64,000 bases of DNA, from contig NC_092673.1 of assembly GCF_964355755.1 (NCBI RefSeq), forward strand, positions 12,248,948 through 12,312,947. The letters are read 5' to 3'. The notes below the pieces were generated by a model. It did no database searches. It saw only the letters and a list, made by a program, of their open reading frames with translations, and was not told the DNA's origin. The translations under genes and the position numbers were made by a program. Source of the stretch: Antedon mediterranea (lineage: Eukaryota > Animalia > Echinodermata). Numbering within the stretch: position 1 is the stretch's first letter; the number at the start of each line of letters is the position of its first letter. Shown piece after piece: positions 50,701-59,700 of this stretch.

Positions 50701-53700
50701 AGGAATATTCTGTGAAAAATTGACTTAGCTAGATTAAACTGATATCAAGATAAGGTCATAAAGCGATAAAACACATAGTGATACCGGACCGACAGACAGA
50801 CAGACAGACAGACCGACAGACAGACCGACAGACAGACCGACAGACAGACAGACCGACCGACATAGTGAACTATAGAGTCGCTTCCACGCGACTAAAAATT
50901 ATCTACAGACATTTTAGTCGCATTATGTATGCAAACATTGATAAATAGGGTCAAGGGTCAATTGTTGTATTTCCGTTCATTTTTTCGTAAAATGTTTCAT
51001 TAGAGCAAATATAAATATATGTACATTCTGAACAAGTTTTTGAAAAAATCAACTCTCTACCTTAGCGGTTTTCGACACATCAGAACAACTTAATGGTAAA
51101 CTAGATAAAGTCCTAGAAAATCAAAAAAACTACAACAAAAGGCTTACCAAACTGGAAACAACTGTCAAAGATCTAGAAAAAAGTGTGGAATATGCGCATG
51201 ATTCAACTAACAAAACGAAGGAAGAAATAAAAAAAATTGGAAATGAAATCAAGAAAATGGAAGAGTATGAAAACAAAATGGCGGCTTATCAGGATAAAAT
51301 GGCGGACATGGAAAATTCAATCCTAAAACAAGAAAGATACAGTAGGAGTTTTAATCTAAGGTTTGGAGGAGTTATAGAAAATGCTACAGAAAACACCCAG
51401 GACTTATTGCAAAAAGTACTACGCGAAGAACTCGGACTCGAGGACATCGAAATTGAAAATTGCCATCGCACCGGGAAACGCCGTTTAGATAACAAACCGA
51501 GGCATATAATAGCTAAATTTCTGTACCGTCCACAAAGAAACCAAGTCCTAAAACTAGGAAAAGTAAAATTAAAAAGTAAATCACAAAACGTATTTATTAC
51601 TGAAGATTTACCTGACGCGGACATGAAGAAAAAGAGAGAATTATCTACAATTATGGCGCAGGCATATGCCGAAAAACGTAAGCCCGTATTCAGAAATGGA
51701 CAACTGTTTATCGACGGTAAGCCATACAAGCCACTAAAATAACTATAATTAAGTCATTAAGCCAAATTAATTAATGTTCAATTGAACACAATTAATTAAT
51801 GTTTATGAATTATATTTCATACCTACATTACCGCAGAGTCTATCATTGTCTTGTAGAACGTAGACTAATTATGTGATTGTAGTAGTATTTCTACCGTTAT
51901 AAATTGTAAATAAACGAAGTTTGTTTGTTTATGTCGCGCACCTGGCTGTTAGTGTTATGTTCTGGATATCTCTGTCCATTCAAACTTTAATTCATGTGAC
52001 CCACGGCAGGTGTGCGACGATAGTGTTACATAATGAGAAATACCAACAACAATTAAGTGGCTGTTGACGATGTAAGTTTCAACGTAGTTGTTTACCGGTA
52101 ATTCATCGATGAGTTACTGGGTTGATCAAACTCGTAAACGTTAAACACATCGTTTTAATAAAACACAACACAACTAAATGTATTTAAGTTATACTATCCG
52201 TACTTTACTAGTGATGTATAATGACAAATTATAACAAAATTAAGTGGCTGATGTGATTAATAAGTGAGCGCCGTTATTGAGACATCATGTTCTAGACCGT
52301 TTCAACGTAGCTGTTTACCGGCGATGTTTGACTTACCAGTGAGTAACGATAACTTGCCATAATAATACATTCTGGACATCGGTGAGTTAGATTGATCAAA
52401 ATCTTTCAAGTTAACCAAATACTTAATTGGCGTCCATGATCATCATTATTGTTTCACTGCCTGTCGTTTAGTTGTTGTTGGTATGTCATGATAAAACAAT
52501 TCATATTACATTGTATATATTGTAATTTATTGTACATACTTGTTAACTTAGGCTATTATGTGTTAACTATTCTCTGCTGTAAGCAGCTTGCTCAATTTTA
52601 TTCATTTGTCATTTCCTTTTCTGTCTAATTTAAATGTTTGAATGTGACCTTTTTGATAATGTAAATGTGAGCACAGAATATTTTAACGAAGATAACTTAA
52701 TTTCTTCACTTGAACATTCTAATTTATCATCAAACTTTTCTATATTTGGACTAAACTGTCGTAGTGTTGTTAATAAGTTTGACTTAATCTCAAACTATTT
52801 AGACTCACTCGTACATGCCTTCTCCGTTATTGCCTTCAGTGAAACCTGGTTAACCAAAAAAGATAATATTAATCTATACCAGTTACCAGGCTACAGTTTG
52901 ATTCACAATGATAGGAAAGATAAGAGAGGTGGTGGGGTAGCGTTCTATGTTACCAACAAACTAACATATATTATTAGAAATGATCTGTCATCTTGTATGA
53001 CTGAAGCAGAGACTATTTTTATTGAGATTGAGTTAGAATCAGGAAATAATGTTATTTGTGGTATAGTTTATAGACCACCCTCACGTTCCTTGCAAAAGTT
53101 TGATGATGAATTAACATGTGTAATGCAAATGATTAATCTAGAAAAAAAGAAATCTTACCTTGTGGGAGACTATAACATAAACTTACTCCAACAATCTACC
53201 GACAACACTATCCAATCACACTTAGACACAATATTTTCTCAGTCATTTCAGCCAATCATAAAAAGTCCTACTAGAATATCCGATAATTGTGCTTCAATAA
53301 TTGATAACATTTATTGCAACATCGATTCTTTTACTACGTCCCTTAAAAGTGGAATACTTATTACTGATATTTCTGATCACTTCCCAATATTCTGTGTAGA
53401 TACTTTGGAAAAACATAATAAGCAATATCCTCGATTTGTATATAAACGACAATACTCTCCTCAACAAACGGAGTATTTTTTGCAAGAATTACAAAGTAAT
53501 CAGTGGAATGATGTGCTATTCTCAAATAATGCGAATGTTGCTTATCAAAATTTTACAAACACTTTAAATAAAACAATTGATAATTGTTTCCCTTTAAAAC
53601 GAATTAGAAATAAGGCGAACAAGTTAAAATCTCCTTGGATCACAGCTGAAATTGCCAGAGCTATCTCTCAAAAACATAAATTATATAAAAAGTACAAACA

Positions 53701-56700
53701 AAATAACACCACTACTAATAAAAGTACGTACATACATTTTAGAAACAAGTTAACCACTACTATTAGAAATCGGAAAAAAGAATATTATATGGTCCAGTTT
53801 GAACGAAATAAACAAGATATTAAAAAAACGTGGACAATCCTAAATGATATAATGGGTAGGAAAAAGACTACCAATTTGCCTACAAAAATAAAATTGGGTA
53901 CTGAGACTTTCTCTGATAATGATGAGAAAGCTGATGCATTCAACTCTTTTTTTATTAATATTGGAGAAAAACTAAATAATAAATTTAGGCATGAATCTCA
54001 AAATGAAGAAATCACCCACAGAACTTTCTTAAAGGGAAATTTTACCTCTTCAATGTTTTTTAAGCCTGTTACTGAACATGAACTTAACCACTATATTAAA
54101 AACACAAAGAATACTTCTCCTGGCCATGATGGTATAAGTGCCCAACTCATAAAATCTGCTTCCCCGTTTATTTTAAAACCTTTATTGCATATTATTAATA
54201 CGTCATTATCATCGGGCTGTGTCCCGGCTGATATAAAAATTGCTAAAGTTATCCCGGTATTTAAGAATGGTGACATCTCCGATATAAATAATTATCGGCC
54301 TATTTCCATTTTACCCTTTTTTTCCAAAATATTTGAGAGGATTGTGTATGATCAAACGATTTGTTACCTCTCAAAATATAACGTACTGAGTAAAACACAG
54401 TATGGATTTAGACAACACCATTCAACTAGTCATGCTTTAATACAATCGATTGAAAAAATCACAAACGCTATTGAGAATAAAGAGTTCACACTAGGAGTTT
54501 TCCTTGATTTATCAAAAGCGTTTGATACAATCGATCATGATATATTATTAGATAAGTTAAGATTTTATGGTATAAGAGGAGTTCCGCTAAACTGGTTCTC
54601 AAACTATCTTAAAAAAAGACTACAATACACATTTATTGTTAATACTGCATCTAGTAAAATGACAGTAAACACTGGAGTTCCTCAGGGATCCATATTGGGT
54701 CCATTATTATTTCTTATATTCATTAATGATATTAGTCTAGCATGTAACCATGTAGACATGATTATGTATGCAGATGACACAAATGTGTTTTATAGTCACA
54801 ATGATATTACTCAAGCTTTTGATACAATGAACCAGGAGTTATCTATACTTTCGGACTGGTTTATTGCTAACAAATTAACGCTAAATGTAAACAAATCAAA
54901 ATATGTTATATTTAAGGCTAGAAATAAGTCAGCTGACACTACCTCACTAGAATTGAGGATGGGAAATGAATGTATAGTAAAAGCTACTGAAGTTAAATTT
55001 CTAGGCTTATTTCTGGATGAAACTTTATCGTTTAATTTTCATGTAAATGAGGTAGCAAACAGTATTTCTAGAATAATTGGTGTCTTAAACAAAGTGAAGT
55101 CTATGTTATCAAGTAAAATCTTGTTAACGGTATACAATGCACTTATATTACCTAGAATAACGTATGCTATCACAGTATGGGGTGCTACTTCTGCTACAAA
55201 CTTAAACCGTATACATATTCTCCAGAAAAAAGCACTTAGAAATATTTGTCATGTTCATTTTATGCATCCTTCTCATCCACTTTTTATTTCAACCCAAACA
55301 TTAAATATTTTTGACCTTTATACGAAACACACTGCTATATTTATGTATCAATATAAACATAATCTATTACCTGAATCATTTAATAACTTATTTAGTACAT
55401 CTGCCTCATTCCATAATTACTCAACTAGAAACAGGTCAAACTACTGTCCACAACTAAAACGCACCAAAGTCGGACAGCAATGTATTTCCTACCAAGGAAC
55501 ACATATTTGGAACAATTTAACAGACTATATAAAACAATCCCCCACTTTAAGTTTGTTTAAACAGAGATTAAAGCAATATTATAACAATAGAAATATTTAA
55601 GTTAAAGCCCCATTCCCTACGTTTTTTAGATGTAATTTAAGATCACAAACTATATTTAATGTAAAAATAATACTATATGGTCCTATTCCGATAACTTTTT
55701 TCGTCTTTAAACGGTTAAAAATGTGAAAAATAAGTCGATTTTAATAATTATAGCGGCCCGCTATAAATCCCCAAATGCATTGCGCGCGGATTGATATTTT
55801 TGTTTTTCACCTGTAATTCGCCCACTTTTCGATCGATCGTGAGGCCAAAACAAATGGAAGACTCCTAACTTTTCAGCGAAAATACCGGGTTTTCCCCAAT
55901 TTGTATCAACGGAGTCTGGCAAAAATAGAAAGACAATTAATGCAGCAACTATACAACGTCAGGCTAGGTATATAGCTAGCGTACGATGTTCGCACGTTAC
56001 CGATGTTTACCAGCTAGGCCTACAAAACTAAGCATAGCCAGGCTAGGCCTAAGACCGTCCACGAGAGGTCGATCGCCGCGAGCTACTTAGGTAGTGCATT
56101 GTTTCTCACTTTTTATCATAATTTACCATAGAACGTACATTTAAGACAAGGAATGACATGGTTTAATGTTTTTAAAGTGATATATATGTATTATTTTCCA
56201 AAAAACGTCCAAAATTGCAGGGAAGGGGTCTTTAAGTAAATCACATTATGTTATTTTGGTTTGTTCTTTTTGTGTGTACTAATTGTTTGATCTTTTTGTT
56301 AGGGTTACATGCTTAAAGCACTTGTGCTTATTTTGTATCCCATTCCATTATCTTATTATTTGTATTGTATTTGTATATGTTTTTATTTTGATTATGGAAT
56401 AAAAATGTCGATGAATTGAATTGAATTGAATTGATATAGGAACCTGTAATTTCACCCCCTAATTTGCATATTTCATGTAACTTGTACTAATAAATTGCAT
56501 ACTTTGAAGGTGAGGTGAGATTTACTAAACATTCCTATGTTGGCTATTAGAAACCTGTATCCGAGTCATTTGAGGGCAAAACAAAGTCTCTACAGACATT
56601 TTAGTTTCATTATATATGCAATATTGAGAAATGGGGTCGAGGGTCAAATGTCATAGTTCCGGGCATTTTTTTGTAAAATGTCTCATTACAGTAAATATAA

Positions 56701-59700
56701 ATATATACATTTTAAATATTTTAGTGAAAAAATCAACACTCTAGCATTAGCGGTTTTCGAGATATGGCAACGCTGTAATTTCACTCCCTAATTTGCATAT
56801 TTAATATTACTTGTACTACTAATTTGCATACTTTCGAGGTGCATGACGAAGTTGTGATTTTAGGAATTATAATACAGTTCTATGGTGGGTATTGAAAAAC
56901 AATATCCAAGTCATTGAGTCCAAAATAAAGTCTCTACAGACATTTTAATCACATGTAAATATTGAGAAATGGGGTCAAGGGTCAAAATTTGGTACTTCCG
57001 GACATTTTAATGTAAAATGTCTCATTAGAGCAAATATAAATATATATATTCTGAACCAGACTGTGCAAAAATGAACTCTCTACGATTAGTAGTTTTTAAG
57101 ATATGGTAACCCTGTAATTTCACCCTAATTTGCATATTTAAGCTAATTTGCATACCTTCGGGATGAGTGTCAGAGGTGTGATGCTCAAAAAATAATCACC
57201 TTATCATATGTAACCATTTAAAAAAAAAATGTCTGTTTGCAATTTGTTTCACTCAAAATGCTAGATTGACTAGCCTATAGTGATTGATTACAAATATTTG
57301 GTGTTCTAAGGTATTTTACAAATCATCATTTTATTTAAATATTATATATACAGACAACTATTCATTGCCATCCAGCTTAACTAGAAATACTGTACTATAT
57401 GTACAATAATTATTTATCTATTAATTTTAAATAACTAAAAACCCACCTAGGATTTTCTTTGTGTTATGAATGAATTATAACTATATTACAGTATATTGTA
57501 TATTAACTATATATGAATAATATGGTATTACTTACTCTCCCATTTGTGGCCATGAGTGTTTCCCGCCACCTTGTCGTAGTTGTGTAATGACCAATTTATC
57601 ATTGTTGGGAAATAGCAGGAGGAATGTGAACATTCTTAATTAATGATTCTTTTAGAACTTTTGCATCTACAACAGTGTTGTCTTCTACCTTATATGCATT
57701 GCTCACGCATGTGTGGATATGTGTAGATTCGTATGTCATTGCTCACGCATGTGTGGATATGTGTAGATTCGTATTTCATTGCTCACGCATGTGTGGATAT
57801 GTGCAGATTCGTATTTCATTGCTCACGCATGTGTGGATATGTGTAGATTCGTATGTCATTGCTCACGCATGTGTGGATATGTGTGGATTTGCATTTCATT
57901 GCCAGATTACATGCCTTTACACCGTACAATTGACTCGTGTAAAGCCTTAGTTAAAATCTTTGGGAGAAATACTAATGAATCATGATGAACATTCTAATCA
58001 CAAATTACACAATCAAAGGTAGATTTACGAAGAGCAGCGAAGACATAATTTAAACAGGACGTACAATAAATGTGAGCACAGGGGGCTATACGGTGATCAA
58101 AACTTAAAATGTTTGAACACAATTTACAACAAAAAAGATCTGCCTGCCTCTTCATCAGTAAGAAAGTTTGAACTTGAACCATGTGTTAACATAAACGGTT
58201 GAATTTTTAATGGACTGTACGGTTTCTGATGCTCTCGAAATAAAAACCTGCAACAAAAGTTGGAGTATGATCAGTAAAAAAAAATTTACTTTGTACCGTG
58301 TCATTTCTTTTTGTACTGTCCAAAAGACAATAGCTGCAGACAGTTACAGGGAAGATGGACAATTTAAATAATTCAGATTTGTGATAAATTTTACTGATCA
58401 GCACCTTTCATTTGTTTTGATCTTCTTGCCACAAACACAGCAAATTGATTGTAGAGCACATAAATGATTTTTGCACATGTGACAGACTAAACAACCGCAC
58501 TACAGGCTGTTTAGGCATAAACAGCCTGCTAGGCTGCTATGATCTCGTGCGATCGCCAAAAATATTGCCTATGTTCAGGATACAATAAAATAAAAATATC
58601 ACCAATTTTATATTTTGGAAAATGAAAATAACAACATTAACAATTAATTCTTTTCAAAAATTTATTGAAAAATTAGTTTTCGATTTTAGCTTTAAAAGAA
58701 ACAAAGTGAAATTACACTCCCTGGCTCATCGCCGTATAAGTTGGTTTGTTTAAATTTCTAGAAATATCTAGGTTGTGTAAGGAAAAACATTTTTTTTTAA
58801 TCTATTGCGCAAAATATTTGTGTCATACACAGACTACTAAAAAGCTGTGGCTGATTTTAGCAATCAAAACGGCTCTCGGAACACTTAATTTCCATTTTTG
58901 CCTATTTGACGTTGATGTGAGGGTGGCCTGCTGCTTCTGTTTAACTGATAAGCAGTGTAGCCTTAAAGCTTCAAAGATTGACTGGGCTGTATGCTCCACA
59001 TGAACATCAGCACAGATGGTACTGAATTTACCATGCACATGCATTACAAGGAAAGCTGAATATATTGTTAAAGATCTGTTGGTGCAGTTAGATGAAATAT
59101 ACATAGATTGGATAGTGAAGGCAGCTCATAAAATAATTAAGGATGTTGATCATCCCCTTAGCAAATACTTTATTATCAAACGCAATGGTAGAATACATGT
59201 TCCAATAACTAAGACAAACAGATCGAGATATGCCTTTGTTGAAAATGCTATTCATATAATTAATTCACGTCACCATCGATAAAATGTTACGTAATACAAG
59301 ACTATGTAAACAATGAAACTTTTAAAACGTAAATTTTTTCAATTTATAAATGTTTTTATATTTTTAATATTTTTAAACGTTTTAAACATTTTTAGCATAT
59401 TTGAAATTTTAGCAATTTATAAATTGTAAAGGTTTTAAGAACATTCTAATGGTTTGAATCCTTTTAAAGCTGTTTTTAATCCTTTTAAAGCTGTTTTAAA
59501 CTATTTTAATCTCCTGAATCCTTCTCAATTTTTATACCTAGTCATTTTTACACCGTGTTTCATAACAATGCAATTATGTGTGTGTACATAATATATTATA
59601 TTGTATATCCATTTATTTTTGTACTAATAATTGTCAATCTTCAAGAAGAATTTCTGTTGTTATTTTATGATGATGATGGACAAATAAAGCATTTCAGTAT

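Larger units (their letters stand above)
51076..56433 (+). mobile_element. L2-group LINE, 5'-truncated in ORF1, with intact ORF2
   Basis: ORF1 part, about 890-bp spacer, ORF2, AATAAA and a (TGAAT)n tail; it interrupts an Academ subrepeat. Confidence 0.92.
47780..57277. mobile_element. Non-autonomous Academ-type foldback element with tandem subrepeats of about 360 bp
   Basis: TAGGCTAGTCAATCTAGCA...TGCTAGATTGACTAGCCTA ends, 3-bp TAG TSD (47777-47779, 57278-57280) and long inverted modular arms. Confidence 0.85.
45880..58478 (-). pseudogene. Fossil multi-exon Chapaev-type (CMC) transposase with RAG1-like N-terminus
   Basis: Segments: 58478-57536 (MCKNHL..ICCVCGK, FP..VCSYC, HTP, C3HC4 RING, VRC..C..H.HTC), 47455-47250, ~47025-46830, ~46743-46590 ([16 protein letters not shown]), ~46470-46260, ~46145-45880 ([23 protein letters not shown]). 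Contains stops and frameshifts. Confidence 0.75.

Noticed and set aside
57675-57985. Plus-strand ORFs or a CRISPR-like repeat
   Set aside because: Artefact of the 40-bp tandem repeat; no spacers.
45880-58478. True RAG1L/ProtoRAG transposon, or a host RING E3 ligase gene
   Set aside because: Catalytic motifs are GGDHGG and GEQGGESIH rather than RAG1-type; no RSS-like heptamer TIR or RAG2-like gene was seen; many stops and frameshifts.
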